A stretch of DNA of 32,000 nucleotides from assembly GCA_037129255.1 (NCBI GenBank), contig JBAXVG010000033.1, positions 158-32,157 of the forward strand, written 5' to 3'. The DNA is from Desulfuromonadales bacterium. GTDB lineage: Bacteria; Desulfobacterota; Desulfuromonadia; Geobacterales; Pseudopelobacteraceae. The first letter of the stretch is position 1, and each line of letters begins with the position of its first letter. The notes beneath the pieces are model-generated. The model had not been told where the DNA came from. It did not search any database and saw nothing but the letters and a program-made list of their open reading frames with translations. The translations under genes and the position numbers were made by a program. Below, in pieces: positions 1 to 8,776 of the stretch.

Positions 1-1
1 G

Positions 2-481
2 ATAGGGGATACTAAGGGAAAGAACTACATCTTTCCTTCTGCAGTTACCAAGACCGATGAAAATGATACAATTATTCCGTCACATATCACTGAACGGGCG
101 GTTGCTTATGCCTTACGTCGGAATCTATCAAGTCATAAGGTAAAGCATAAGGGCAAAGTAAAGGTTAAAGCGGTCCCCAAATCAAAACGAAAAAAGCCAT
201 TCGTCGTCGCCGAGGAGAAGAAACTGGATATTGAAAAATTCACACCACATGATCTTCGGCGTACTTGTGCAACCATGCTTTCTGAAATAGGGTTCTTGGA
301 CGAAATCGTAGATGCAGTTCTTGCACATCTCAAAAAAGGTGAAATTCGCACCTATAACAAAAACAAATATGATAAGGAAAAGCAGCTGGCTCTTGAAACA
401 TGGGAACTCAAGTTGAAGAGCATTATCAACGGCACAGAAAGCAATGCTATTCCAATGCCATCCGATAATAAATCTGAATGA
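2..481 (+). CDS. tyrosine recombinase / phage-type integrase, C-terminal part (5' end off-window)
   Basis: Frame 2 is open from nt 2 to the TGA at 479-481. The translation ...EKFTPHDLRRTCATMLSEIGFLDEIVDAVLAHLKKGEIRTYNKNKYDKEKQLALETW matches the C-terminal catalytic boxes of P4-type tyrosine integrases (HDLRRT, LAH, and Y in TYNKNKY). Confidence 0.85.
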   Translation: MGDTKGKNYIFPSAVTKTDENDTIIPSHITERAVAYALRRNLSSHKVKHKGKVKVKAVPKSKRKKPFVVAEEKKLDIEKFTPHDLRRTCATMLSEIGFLDEIVDAVLAHLKKGEIRTYNKNKYDKEKQLALETWELKLKSIINGTESNAIPMPSDNKSE

Positions 482-522
482 TTCCAGTTGCACTATTTTA
501 GCTTATAGGCTACGCTATAACC

Positions 523-861
523 ATGCAGGTATTTCCTCTCGAGATTGAATATTACATTTCCGCAAATGGAGATAGGCCCTTTAAGGAGTGGCTTGAAGGT
601 TTGCGAGATATAAATGGGCGTGCAAAGATACGTGTCCGACTTGACCGAGCGCGTCTTGGCAATTTGGGAGACCATAAGCATCTTGAACAAGGGGTGTGGG
701 AGCTGCGAATTGATTATGGACCGGGATACCGGGTTTATTTCGGAAAAGATGGTAACCGGATTATTCTGTTGCTGGTAGGCGGCGACAAAAGCACTCAGCG
801 GCGTGATATTGAAACAGCCGCTGCATATCTTCACGACCATGAAGAAAGGCAAAAACCATGA
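523..861 (+). CDS. RelE/ParE-superfamily toxin (HigB-like 'addiction module killer' family)
   Basis: 112-aa ORF with motifs PFKEWLEGL, RLGNLGDHK, GVWELRIDYGPGYRVYF and LLLVGGDKSTQRRDIETA, typical of this toxin family. Its stop overlaps the next ATG (ATGA at 858-861). Confidence 0.85.
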   Translation: MQVFPLEIEYYISANGDRPFKEWLEGLRDINGRAKIRVRLDRARLGNLGDHKHLEQGVWELRIDYGPGYRVYFGKDGNRIILLLVGGDKSTQRRDIETAAAYLHDHEERQKP

Positions 862-1169
862 AACAACAAACTGAATACCAGAGAGACCTGATTGAGGCAT
901 TAAAAGACCCTGCAGAGGCTGCCGCTTATCTGAACGCAGCGCTCGAAGATGGGGATAAAGAGACTTTTCTGCTTGCACTGAGAAATATTGCGGAAGCCAA
1001 CGGCGGAATGAAAGCAGTTGCAGATAAAGCTCACTTAAACAGGGAGAGCTTGTATCGCACTTTATCAAGCCGCGGCAATCCTGAAATTCGGACTGTGCTA
1101 AATCTATTGCATGGCATGGGACTGCGTCTGACAGTAGAACCAGAGTTGCAAACGCACGGTGCTGCATAA
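858..1169 (+). CDS. HigA-family antitoxin (HTH 'addiction module antidote' protein)
   Basis: 103-aa ORF with DPAEAAAYLNAALEDGD, ALRNIAEANG, LNRESLYRTLSSRGNPEIRTVLNLLHGMGLRL, the signature of the antidote partner of the preceding toxin. 4-nt overlap with the toxin gene. Confidence 0.85.
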   Translation: MKQQTEYQRDLIEALKDPAEAAAYLNAALEDGDKETFLLALRNIAEANGGMKAVADKAHLNRESLYRTLSSRGNPEIRTVLNLLHGMGLRLTVEPELQTHGAA

Positions 1170-1219
1170 TGAATTTTTCAAAAAAAAGTCGGGATGCATA
1201 AGTTGTTGAAAGCTCAAAA

Positions 1220-1786
1220 TTATCGGTAAGTAAATGGAAATTTAGTCTTGAGTTTAGCAAGACATTCTGCTGACAACACTTTATTTTCCAAGGCAGTCCT
1301 TCCTAACTCTTCCATCGAACGTATTGTCTCACCTTGCTGATCGAGGCACATTTCAACTGATTGTTGCCAATAATCTTTTTTTCTATTTTCGTCGTATTCA
1401 ATCCGTCCCATATTGAACAGCCATAGCTGCCATGGATGACGGTTTGTAAGACATGGATTATTTAGCGCCCATGCACGATACTCTGGTGATTGCGTGTTAG
1501 TATCAGCAAGATATCTGACCAAAAGCGAATGTTTAAATGGGTTTGCGTCATTAGCAAAATCGAAATCGCTCAAATGCGTTATTTCCAAGTATTTGAGGAG
1601 AGATTCCTCAGCGAGCTCAAGCCGGTTGGCATCAAGATATGCGTAGGTTAGATAGCAAAATTGCCTCAGGTAATCGTCACGATAATCTATGACATTTCCA
1701 TTTCCGAAGGCCTCTTGTGCTTTAAAAGAAAAGCCCACTGTATTATCAATATATTCAGGCCCGCAAAATGCGTAGTGCTGCATCAT
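1220..1786 (-). CDS. hypothetical alpha-helical protein, third gene of the Lon-like operon (start uncertain)
   Basis: The ORF is open to a TTG at 1885 and an ATG at 1882, which would overlap the upstream gene by about 60 nt. The first 33 residues of that extension look non-protein-like, so I place the start at the ATG-ATG at 1786 (MMQHYAFCGPEY...). No family recognised. The helical, TPR-like composition (YAYLDANRLELAEESLLKYLEI) and AT-rich sequence match its two neighbours. Confidence 0.5.
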   Translation of the reverse strand: MMQHYAFCGPEYIDNTVGFSFKAQEAFGNGNVIDYRDDYLRQFCYLTYAYLDANRLELAEESLLKYLEITHLSDFDFANDANPFKHSLLVRYLADTNTQSPEYRAWALNNPCLTNRHPWQLWLFNMGRIEYDENRKKDYWQQSVEMCLDQQGETIRSMEELGRTALENKVLSAECLAKLKTKFPFTYR

Positions 1787-1823
1787 TGTACCGAAATAAC
1801 AGCCTAAAGCATAATGTACGCAA

Positions 1824-3281
1824 TCACCCCAAACGCTCCTTGCTCTTTGCAAAAACCTGTTCGAGCCAAGGAATGATATCATCAAACTCTTTTTGAAATT
1901 CGTCCGGAATTACGGGAGAAAATGAGTACGAATTGTGCATTTTGCCAACAAATAAATTGACCATGAATTCTAATTTTTTATCATCAGCATTATGTGTACG
2001 AATCTGCTTATAAGCCTGCGAAGTGAACATTTCCAACTGCTGCAGACTTTCAATATCACCAGAATGGTTGGCTAGTTTCATCTGCAGTAGCGACAGACGA
2101 AATGCAAGTTCAGCCCTGTATAGTAAAATTGCTTCCAATAAAAGTGGCTCAAAAAAAGACAAACAGATTTGGCATTTTTTGTAATCCCAGTCTGGTCGAT
2201 TTAAAATAGATTCCATTTTTTGAGTAAAAATACCTAACGCTTCTAAAGCGGTCTTTTCTCCAATACTAAATAGCGGCGCTAATAGCTCGACGATTCGTCT
2301 GTACTCATCTTCAATTATGGGTAACAAGACTGTGCTCTGGTCTGGTAAAGCCTCAAGTAAATGCGAAGGATCATCAAGAAGTCGATCGAAATGAGCGATC
2401 TCATGGGCGCAACCGGTGCTATACCGGGACCAGATGATCTCTGCATCACGAAGTGTTCGAACAGGTATTTTCTTTATACCACATGAATCATTCGTATCTA
2501 ATGGGTCAGACGAGGTAAGTGCAGGATACATGAAAGCAGAAAACTGTTTTTCCTTCGCTACGCGCAGTTTGTCCGCCAAACAACCCACTTCTATAAGCGA
2601 TGCATCCACAGTTACATCACCTGTTGGCAAAATATCTGGAGGCTGCATACCCGTCACAAGTGAAAAAGCACCGAGGTAAGCTGACAGACCGACGGAAGGG
2701 CCATTAATCGTGCATGATGTATTTGAGCGATCAAGAATCGGACAATAAAATAACTGGTTGCAGTGAAAATGTTTCCTCACAAGATCTGCCACTTTCGTGA
2801 TGGATGCTCTGGCAGCATCATCTAAAAAAGTGTCTGTCCATTTGGGTAGTATCTTGCAATTCACTTTACTCGGAGAGAGTCCTATCAGTAGATTACGAAC
2901 AGTCGGAATACCATATTTATTATCCCCAGCAAGCGCGACTGGAATGGCGACCCATTTCCAGTACTGTAGTTGATTAAGAGTGAAATTATCGTCGAAAAGT
3001 TCACCCAAATCTATACGCGTAGCCAACCAATCTTGGAGCAGGTTCGGAGCTTTATCGGGTGCCAAAAGGAAACTAGCAACAAGTGATTGATAATAAAAAG
3101 GTCTTATCGTCATAGGAAGCACATTTTCCAATAGGCAAGTCTCATCTATAAAACGGCTATCATGACACGACCAGATTCCGGAATGTGGATATGGGAACCA
3201 CTGAGATAGGGCTTTACGCACAAAATGAGCGGAGTTAATTTGCGCGCAGATATTTTCGATGGTCCAACTAGGATCGAACAT
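1824..3281 (-). CDS. Lon-like (S16 family) Ser-Lys peptidase domain protein with unknown N-terminal region and helical C-terminal region
   Basis: 485 aa. Residues ~175-250 (FYCPILDRSNTSCTINGPSVGLSAYLGAFSLVTGMQPPDILPTGDVTVDASLIEVGCLADKLRVAKEKQFSAFMYP) align to the Lon proteolytic core (DGPSAG...ALxSxxTG...xTGEIxxxGxVxxIGGxxEKxxAA). The putative nucleophile is Ser196 (codon 2694-2696) and the putative general base is Lys238 (codon 2568-2570). They are 42 residues apart, against 43 in E. coli Lon (S679/K722). No AAA+ Walker motifs seen. The ATG at 3279-3281 overlaps the upstream ORF by 14 nt. Confidence 0.65.
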   Translation of the reverse strand: MFDPSWTIENICAQINSAHFVRKALSQWFPYPHSGIWSCHDSRFIDETCLLENVLPMTIRPFYYQSLVASFLLAPDKAPNLLQDWLATRIDLGELFDDNFTLNQLQYWKWVAIPVALAGDNKYGIPTVRNLLIGLSPSKVNCKILPKWTDTFLDDAARASITKVADLVRKHFHCNQLFYCPILDRSNTSCTINGPSVGLSAYLGAFSLVTGMQPPDILPTGDVTVDASLIEVGCLADKLRVAKEKQFSAFMYPALTSSDPLDTNDSCGIKKIPVRTLRDAEIIWSRYSTGCAHEIAHFDRLLDDPSHLLEALPDQSTVLLPIIEDEYRRIVELLAPLFSIGEKTALEALGIFTQKMESILNRPDWDYKKCQICLSFFEPLLLEAILLYRAELAFRLSLLQMKLANHSGDIESLQQLEMFTSQAYKQIRTHNADDKKLEFMVNLFVGKMHNSYSFSPVIPDEFQKEFDDIIPWLEQVFAKSKERLG

Positions 3282-4227
3282 GGCTTAAAATAAGAATGTG
3301 AAGGTTATCAAGGTTGCTTCCCTCTTTCGTAGCCCCACTAAAAAACAAGTCAAAATTAACATCGTTAGAAGTAAGGGTTACAAGGCCTGCATCCTTGCAA
3401 ACCCCCGATTCATTAATAAGACATCCCATAAGTTGCGTAGTAACATTGAGAGACTTGGTCAGCTTTCCTGAGACCAGGTACCCATCGCCCTGCCATTCCG
3501 AGAAATTGATTTCAATCAGCACGGGCTCAACAGATATTTCATCAGCATTTTTCCGGACATGATTAACCTGTTTGTATTTAAGCTTACTGGAAGCTGTCAG
3601 AGGTGATAATTCAGGTGGTGCAATAGCTGATGTCAAAAACTGAAAAACATCATCAGTAACTTGTGGAAGGTTCCAATCTTTCAATGCATCCTTTATAGCA
3701 TCATAAGAAAAATGCCGTTTACAGTAATTCTTTATTGATTCTGTTATAGGTAACTTCTCCAACTCGCGTGCCGACTTCACAGCCAACTGCACAGTTAGGT
3801 AAGTTCCTACTTCGACCTCCATTTCGCGAAAGAATGAAATGAGTGATCCTTCAGGCTCTGGATTGTGTGAGATAGTTGACGCGAGAATTGTCTGATTCAA
3901 AATTTCTGACTTTACTATGCCCAAACACTTATCAAAACAATCATCCTTTAGCGAATAGCAGTTCCAAGATTCGGCAAAACCGTAACGATCATCTAATGCG
4001 ACATCTCCGCTACCCATCAACTGTTTATCACTGTAGAGTTGTGCCACCTGCCAATCAGAAGTACCTTCAGTTATCTTCTGTGTGTTTAGAGGATGGATGC
4101 TGCCATGGGGTGTACGCGGTGTGTACCTCCTATCAGCAGTGAGGTGGTAAAACGCCGCACCATGATGATTTCCGCATATCGTTTCATACAAGCGCACCAC
4201 AAAACGGCAACAAAACGGCAACAACAT
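3268..4227 (-). CDS. hypothetical protein, first gene of the Lon-like operon (start uncertain)
   Basis: 319-aa ORF with no recognisable motifs. The C-terminal third is beta-rich (ISVEPVLIEINFSEWQGDGYLVSGKLTKSLNVTT...). The ATG at 4227 sits only 4 nt after the T-run of the tRNA-Pro terminator, so the true start may be internal, for example Met71 at 4017. Confidence 0.45.
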   Translation of the reverse strand: MLLPFCCRFVVRLYETICGNHHGAAFYHLTADRRYTPRTPHGSIHPLNTQKITEGTSDWQVAQLYSDKQLMGSGDVALDDRYGFAESWNCYSLKDDCFDKCLGIVKSEILNQTILASTISHNPEPEGSLISFFREMEVEVGTYLTVQLAVKSARELEKLPITESIKNYCKRHFSYDAIKDALKDWNLPQVTDDVFQFLTSAIAPPELSPLTASSKLKYKQVNHVRKNADEISVEPVLIEINFSEWQGDGYLVSGKLTKSLNVTTQLMGCLINESGVCKDAGLVTLTSNDVNFDLFFSGATKEGSNLDNLHILILSHVRS

Positions 4228-4230
4228 TTA

Positions 4231-4270
4231 AAAACAACAAAAAAGCACCTACAGAATTAACTGTAAGTGC
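4231..4270 (-). terminator. Rho-independent terminator downstream of tRNA-Pro
   Basis: On the minus strand, GCACTTACAG (4270-4261), a 6-nt loop, CTGTAGGTGC (4254-4245; 10 bp including one G-U pair), then TTTTTTGTTGTTTT (4244-4231). Confidence 0.55.
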
Positions 4271-4280
4271 TTGAATTTAC

Positions 4281-4357
4281 TGGTCGGTGAGACTGGAATC
4301 GAACCAGCGACCCCCTGCTCCCAAGGCAGGTGCGCTACCAGGCTGCGCTACTCACCG
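4281..4357 (-). tRNA. tRNA-Pro (anticodon UGG), CCA encoded
   Basis: The reverse complement reads CGGTGAG-TA-GCGC-AGCCTGGTA-GCGC-A-CCTGC-CTTGGGA-GCAGG-GGGTC-GCTGG-TTCGATT-CCAGT-CTCACCG-A-CCA. This gives a 7-bp acceptor stem, 4-bp D stem, 5-bp anticodon stem with loop CT-TGG-GA, and a T arm with TTCGATT. Confidence 0.93.
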
Positions 4358-4370
4358 ACGTAAAAAATCT

Positions 4371-4400
4371 TAAATAGCACACTTGATAGGAAATAGGCAA
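4371..4400 (-). promoter_or_regulatory. possible sigma70-type promoter of tRNA-Pro
   Basis: Minus strand: TTGCCT (4400-4395), 18 nt, TATTTA (4376-4371), about 13 nt upstream of the mature tRNA 5' end. Sequence pattern only. Confidence 0.3.
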
Positions 4401-4536
4401 GAAATTAATCACAACATCACTATTTCCCATACAACCTTTTCCCACCATTTATGCAACAATCCGTTCTAATCCTTGGCAAAATTCCCTTAACGGATCATCA
4501 CACTTCAGATAGGATACCGATTAAACTCTGCGTAGA

Positions 4537-6414
4537 TCATGGCTGCGACAGAAAGTTGCGAATTGAAGCTGCTATCCCTTTAGAATCAAGCCCCAGCATG
4601 GTGCGCAGCTCATGTTGCTCGCCCTGCGGGATATAACTGTCCGGATAGCCAAGGCGTAGTACTCGAACCCCGGACACCCCGTGTTGTTCCAACAATTCAA
4701 GCACCGCCGTACCGAAGCCACCCTGCAGGGCATTTTCCTCAATGCTGACCAAAAAACTATGCTTTCTGGCCAGATCAAGGATAAGCATCTCGTCCAGAGG
4801 CTTGACGAAACGGGAATTTACAACCGTCAGGGAAATGTTGTACTCGACTTCGAGGGCATTAGCTGCATCAAGAGAAGGATAGACCATGGCGCCAAGCGCC
4901 AGAATGACAGCATCACAACCTTCACGCAGGCATTCGGCGCGACCGACCGGAATCGTTGTCAGGGTCTGGTCCAATGCTATGCCATAACCATTGCCGCGAG
5001 GATAGCGCAGGGCGGCCGGACTTCCCAGACTGATTGCGGTTGCCAGCATGTGCTGCAATTCGTTCTCGTCCTTGGGCGCCATCAGAGTCATATTGGGGAG
5101 ATGCCGCAGATAGGAGATATCGAAAGCACCATGATGGGTAGGGCCGTCGCTTCCGACAACTCCTCCACGGTCTATGGCGAAGGTGACCGGCAGGTTCTGC
5201 AGACAGACATCGTGAAAGACCTGGTCATAGGCCCGCTGCAGGAAGCTTGAATAGACAGCAAATACCGGTCGGTAGCCCTCAGCGGCCAAGCCGGCGGCAA
5301 AGGTAACGCCATGTTGCTCAGCAATCCCCACATCGAAAAAACGTTCGGGAAACTCTTTGGAAAAGCCGGTCAGACCGGTGCCGTCAGGCATAGCGGCAGT
5401 GATGGCGATAATGCGTTCATCCTCGGCTGCCAGTTTGCAGAGAGCAGCACCAAAAATGGCGGTATAGGAGGCAGAACCTCCCTTACTTTTAAGCACCTTG
5501 CCGGTTTCTGTCTCGAACGGGCCGACTCCGTGGAACAGTGACGGGTTGTCTTCGGCAAATTTGTATCCTTTGCCTTTTTTTGTCAGAACGTGAATCAATA
5601 CGGAGTTATCGAACTTCCTGACATTCTCGAAGGTCTCAATAAGCGCCGGAAGGTCGTGGCCATTAATCGGGCCGATATACTCGAATCCGAATGCTTCGAA
5701 GAGCATTCCGGGGGTAAAGAGCCCTTTGAAGGACTCCTCCATCTTGCGAGCCACCTGAAGGACTCCTTTTCCCACGTCAAGGCGATTCAGGAATGATTCG
5801 GTACCCTTTTTGAAACGGTGGACGAACTCGCTGGAGGCGGTGCGGGAGAGGAAGTTGGAAAGGGCGCCGACGTTTTCTGCAATAGACATCTCGTTGTCAT
5901 TAAGAATGATGACCATGTCTTTGTTGAGATGGCCCGCATGATTTATGCCTTCATAGGCAATACCACCAGTCATGGAGCCGTCGCCGATTACAGCCAGAAC
6001 CTTGTTTTTCCGGCCGTCCAGATCGCGAGCAACGGCAAATCCTGTGGTTGCCGAGATTGATGTGGACGAGTGACCGACATCGAAAACATCGTGAGGGGAT
6101 TCATGACGCTTGGGAAAACCGCTGATGCCGTTAAGGGTGCGCAGGGTGTGGAAATTATCGCGCCGCCCGGTCAGAATCTTGTGAGCATAGGCTTGGTGAC
6201 CTACGTCCCAGATGATCTTGTCGTCAGGAGTTTTAAAGACCCGGTGCAGAGCGATGGTCAACTCGACAACTCCCAGACTGGGGGCAAGGTGACCGCCATT
6301 GGTGGCACAGGTCGCGATGATCATCCGGCGCAGTTCCGCCGCAACGTCCGGGAGTTGAGCAGCCGGAAGTCTCCGTAAGTCGTCGGGGGAGTTTATGGTT
6401 TCGAGGGTAGTCAT
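4537..6414 (-). CDS. dxs: 1-deoxy-D-xylulose-5-phosphate synthase
   Basis: The translation has the hallmark Dxs blocks ([74 protein letters not shown]). The ORF-track M1 is a TTG. I prefer the ATG at 6414 ([10 protein letters not shown]), which follows AGGGGA. Confidence 0.95.
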   Translation of the reverse strand: MTTLETINSPDDLRRLPAAQLPDVAAELRRMIIATCATNGGHLAPSLGVVELTIALHRVFKTPDDKIIWDVGHQAYAHKILTGRRDNFHTLRTLNGISGFPKRHESPHDVFDVGHSSTSISATTGFAVARDLDGRKNKVLAVIGDGSMTGGIAYEGINHAGHLNKDMVIILNDNEMSIAENVGALSNFLSRTASSEFVHRFKKGTESFLNRLDVGKGVLQVARKMEESFKGLFTPGMLFEAFGFEYIGPINGHDLPALIETFENVRKFDNSVLIHVLTKKGKGYKFAEDNPSLFHGVGPFETETGKVLKSKGGSASYTAIFGAALCKLAAEDERIIAITAAMPDGTGLTGFSKEFPERFFDVGIAEQHGVTFAAGLAAEGYRPVFAVYSSFLQRAYDQVFHDVCLQNLPVTFAIDRGGVVGSDGPTHHGAFDISYLRHLPNMTLMAPKDENELQHMLATAISLGSPAALRYPRGNGYGIALDQTLTTIPVGRAECLREGCDAVILALGAMVYPSLDAANALEVEYNISLTVVNSRFVKPLDEMLILDLARKHSFLVSIEENALQGGFGTAVLELLEQHGVSGVRVLRLGYPDSYIPQGEQHELRTMLGLDSKGIAASIRNFLSQP

Positions 6415-6441
6415 TGAATTCCCCTGTAATTTCAATAGTGG

Positions 6442-7335
6442 TCAGTTTTTTCTATGAACAACATAACTGGCGATCTCACGCAGCGGGTCGGCTTCGACAC
6501 CGAATATTTCCAGTGCTCGCATGGCTTCGTCCATCATGGACTGAGCCTCCTGTTTGGCAGCAGCCAAGCCGATCACGGCAGGGTACGTGGCCTTGCCTCG
6601 CGCTTCATCACTTCCGGCATCCTTGCCGATCTCTTCAGTAGTCCCTTCGATATCGAGAATGTCATCGGCAATCTGGAATGCAAGGCCGGCCGCCTCGCCG
6701 TAGCGGGTAATGGCAGCCAGCGCCTTTTCTTCGGCTCCTCCCAGAATTGCACCTGCCACAACTGAGGCTTTGATCAGGGCGCCGGTTTTGTGCGTATGAA
6801 TATATTGCACCGTCGGAAGGTCGATGCCGGGTTTCCCTTCGCTTTCCATATCCACCACCTGACCGCCGACCATTCCGAAGGAACCGGCGCAGGTCGCGAT
6901 TTCGTGGAGCACGGCCAGACGGGCAGTTGGTTTGCACCCGAAGTCAAAGCGCGGGTCGCTGATCAGCCTGAAGGCCTCGGTTAGCAGGGCATCACCGGCC
7001 AGTATGGCTATCGCTTCTCCAAAAATCTTGTGATTGGTCGGGTTACCGCGACGGAAGTCGTCATCGTCCATGGCCGGCAGATCGTCATGGATAAGGGAAT
7101 ACGTGTGGATCATCTCCATGGCGCAGGCAGTCGGAATGGCGCACTCGGTATCGCCGCCAACCGCCTGGCAGGCCGCAAGCATAAGAATTGGACGTACCCG
7201 TTTGCCACCAGCGAATACCGAGTAGCGCATAGCCTTATGGATGCTGTGCGGAAGCATGGTCTCTCTGGGGAGAAAACGGTCCAGCGCCTCGTCTATCCGG
7301 GCAGATTGCTCTTTGAGATATGTTTTTAAATTCAT
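6442..7335 (-). CDS. ispA: (2E,6E)-farnesyl diphosphate synthase / polyprenyl synthetase
   Basis: Two aspartate-rich motifs (LIHDDLPAMDDDDFRRG and FQIADDILD) and position within the classical xseB-ispA-dxs operon. The ATG at 7335 (MNLKTYL) is preferred over the upstream GTG at 7347. Confidence 0.9.
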   Translation of the reverse strand: MNLKTYLKEQSARIDEALDRFLPRETMLPHSIHKAMRYSVFAGGKRVRPILMLAACQAVGGDTECAIPTACAMEMIHTYSLIHDDLPAMDDDDFRRGNPTNHKIFGEAIAILAGDALLTEAFRLISDPRFDFGCKPTARLAVLHEIATCAGSFGMVGGQVVDMESEGKPGIDLPTVQYIHTHKTGALIKASVVAGAILGGAEEKALAAITRYGEAAGLAFQIADDILDIEGTTEEIGKDAGSDEARGKATYPAVIGLAAAKQEAQSMMDEAMRALEIFGVEADPLREIASYVVHRKN

Positions 7336-7354
7336 AATGAGTAACACCTTGTTG

Positions 7355-7585
7355 TCAGTTGTCTTCCGGTTCGAACGGTTCCCGCTTCAAGGAACCGTCT
7401 TTTTGTCTCAGGAGGACGTCAACCCTCCGTTCAGCTTCGTTCAGCTTTCCGGAGCAGAAGGTTGAATATTTGACACCCTCTTCAAAGGCTTTCAAAGAGT
7501 CTTCGAGTGAGAGAGAACCACCCTCCAACCGTTTTACAATATCTTCCAGCTTCTTCAGGGATGTTTCGAATTTGTCGATTGCCAT
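7355..7585 (-). CDS. xseB: exodeoxyribonuclease VII small subunit
   Basis: 76 aa. FETSLKKLEDIVKRLEGGSLSLEDSLKAFEEGVKY is the XseB signature. First gene of xseB-ispA-dxs. Confidence 0.9.
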   Translation of the reverse strand: MAIDKFETSLKKLEDIVKRLEGGSLSLEDSLKAFEEGVKYSTFCSGKLNEAERRVDVLLRQKDGSLKREPFEPEDN

Positions 7586-7698
7586 GCTGTCTTCCCGGTC
7601 TCATGAAATGAAAGTGCATTATACAGATATGCCGTTTGCCGTCAAGCATCGGGCTGGATATCTGTTCCAAAACATTAAATTTTCGACATGGCTATAAA

Positions 7699-7743
7699 TT
7701 AAAAAAAAAGCCGCGCACTCAGATTTCGCTGATGCGGCGGCGC
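7699..7743 (-). terminator. probable Rho-independent terminator after sucD
   Basis: Minus strand: GCCGCCGCATCAG...CTGAGTGCGCGGC (an imperfect GC-rich stem with one bulge) followed by TTTTTTTTT (7709-7701). It lies about 75 nt downstream of the sucD stop. Confidence 0.5.
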
Positions 7744-7817
7744 TTGAAACGGGGAGTTACTAACATTTACATCAAAGATCAAAAGCTACTAAAGCTAACA
7801 AAATGAAATATAAACTG

Positions 7818-8744
7818 TTATTTTTTTATTTTTTTAGCAACCACATTAGATGCTACTTTTGTGACTCTGTCGGATGCTTTCAGCGCTTCCAGCATAGACT
7901 CTCCCATGCGGGTTGGGCTGGACGAAACAGTGACGCCACACTCATTCAAGGTGCGGATTTTATCTTCGGCCTTCCCTTTGCCGCCCGTGATGATAGCACC
8001 GGCGTGTCCCATACGCTTGCCCTGAGGAGCTGTGACGCCGGCGATAAAAGCGGCTACCGGTTTTTTCATGTTATTCCTGATCCACTCCGCAGCAGCTTCT
8101 TCAGCTCCGCCACCGATTTCACCGATCATGAAAACTCCTTCGGTATCCTGGTCCTCGTTAAAGAGCTGCAATACGTCGATAAAATGCATGCCGATGATCG
8201 GGTCGCCACCGATTCCAACACAGGTAGACTGTCCCAACCCCATATCGGTAAGTTGTTTGACCGCTTCATATGTCAGTGTTCCACTGCGTGAAACAACGCC
8301 GATTTTCCCTTTTTTATGAATATGCCCAGGCATGATACCTACTTTGCACTCACCGGGAGTTATGACACCGGGACAGTTGGGACCTACCAGGCGGGTTTTG
8401 CCTCCTTGCAGCATAGCCTTGACCGGCACCATGTCGCGGACAGGAATGCCTTCGGTGATGCAGACTGCCAGCTCAAGACCTGCGTCAGCAGCTTCAAGGA
8501 TGGCGTCTGCCGCTCCGGGGGGCGGAACGAAGATCATCGAGACATTGGCATCAGTGTATTTGACCGCTTCAGCAACAGTATTGAATACCGGAATCCCTTC
8601 GATGTGGATACCGCCTTTACCGGGTGTAACACCGGCTACGATGTTGGCGCCGTACTCGCGACACTGCTGGGTGTGAAACAGTCCGCTGCGCCCGGTGATT
8701 CCCTGCACGAGTATTCTTGAATGTTTATTGAGTAGTATGGACAT
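7818..8744 (-). CDS. sucD: succinate--CoA ligase (ADP-forming) subunit alpha
   Basis: [33 protein letters not shown] and the phosphohistidine loop [17 protein letters not shown] upstream. It appears to carry about 17 extra C-terminal residues ending KKIKK relative to my recollection of E. coli SucD. Confidence 0.95.
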   Translation of the reverse strand: MSILLNKHSRILVQGITGRSGLFHTQQCREYGANIVAGVTPGKGGIHIEGIPVFNTVAEAVKYTDANVSMIFVPPPGAADAILEAADAGLELAVCITEGIPVRDMVPVKAMLQGGKTRLVGPNCPGVITPGECKVGIMPGHIHKKGKIGVVSRSGTLTYEAVKQLTDMGLGQSTCVGIGGDPIIGMHFIDVLQLFNEDQDTEGVFMIGEIGGGAEEAAAEWIRNNMKKPVAAFIAGVTAPQGKRMGHAGAIITGGKGKAEDKIRTLNECGVTVSSSPTRMGESMLEALKASDRVTKVASNVVAKKIKK

Positions 8745-8776
8745 GAGTTTTCTCCGTATGATGGTATGTTGGGCGA

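Noticed and set aside
479-495. GATTCCAGT just after the integrase stop, resembling the T-arm/acceptor 3' part of tRNA-Pro (possible att repeat)
   Set aside because: The match is only 9 nt and lies on the opposite strand relative to the tRNA gene, so it cannot be a direct att repeat. Probably chance.
493-1260. 255-aa minus-strand ORF spanning the HigB/HigA region
   Set aside because: It is antisense to two ORFs with clear toxin and antitoxin family signatures. Its translation has low complexity and no recognisable motifs, so I treat it as a shadow ORF.
1824-1912. Possible programmed frameshift fusing the Lon-like ORF to the downstream helical ORF (about 60-nt overlap)
   Set aside because: The downstream frame opens only about 27 nt before its TTG/ATG, and its overlapping part translates to implausible sequence. 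No slippery heptamer was seen. A downstream ATG-ATG start at 1786 explains the data more simply. This cannot be settled without homologues.
3876-4142. 88-aa plus-strand ORF opposite the 319-aa ORF
   Set aside because: No RBS, and an odd composition (Cys/His/Gln-rich). It is antisense to a longer ORF that is coupled to the Lon-like gene.
4681-5250. 189-aa plus-strand ORF inside dxs, and similar long antisense ORFs (6070-6378, 8316-8720, 8948-9583, 13342-13908, 13848-14279, 15399-15881, 17726-18238, 29676-30191, 30589-30951, 31248-31598)
   Set aside because: All lie antisense to genes with strong family signatures in GC-rich DNA, where stop codons are rare. The translations are Arg/Gly/Pro-rich with no motifs.
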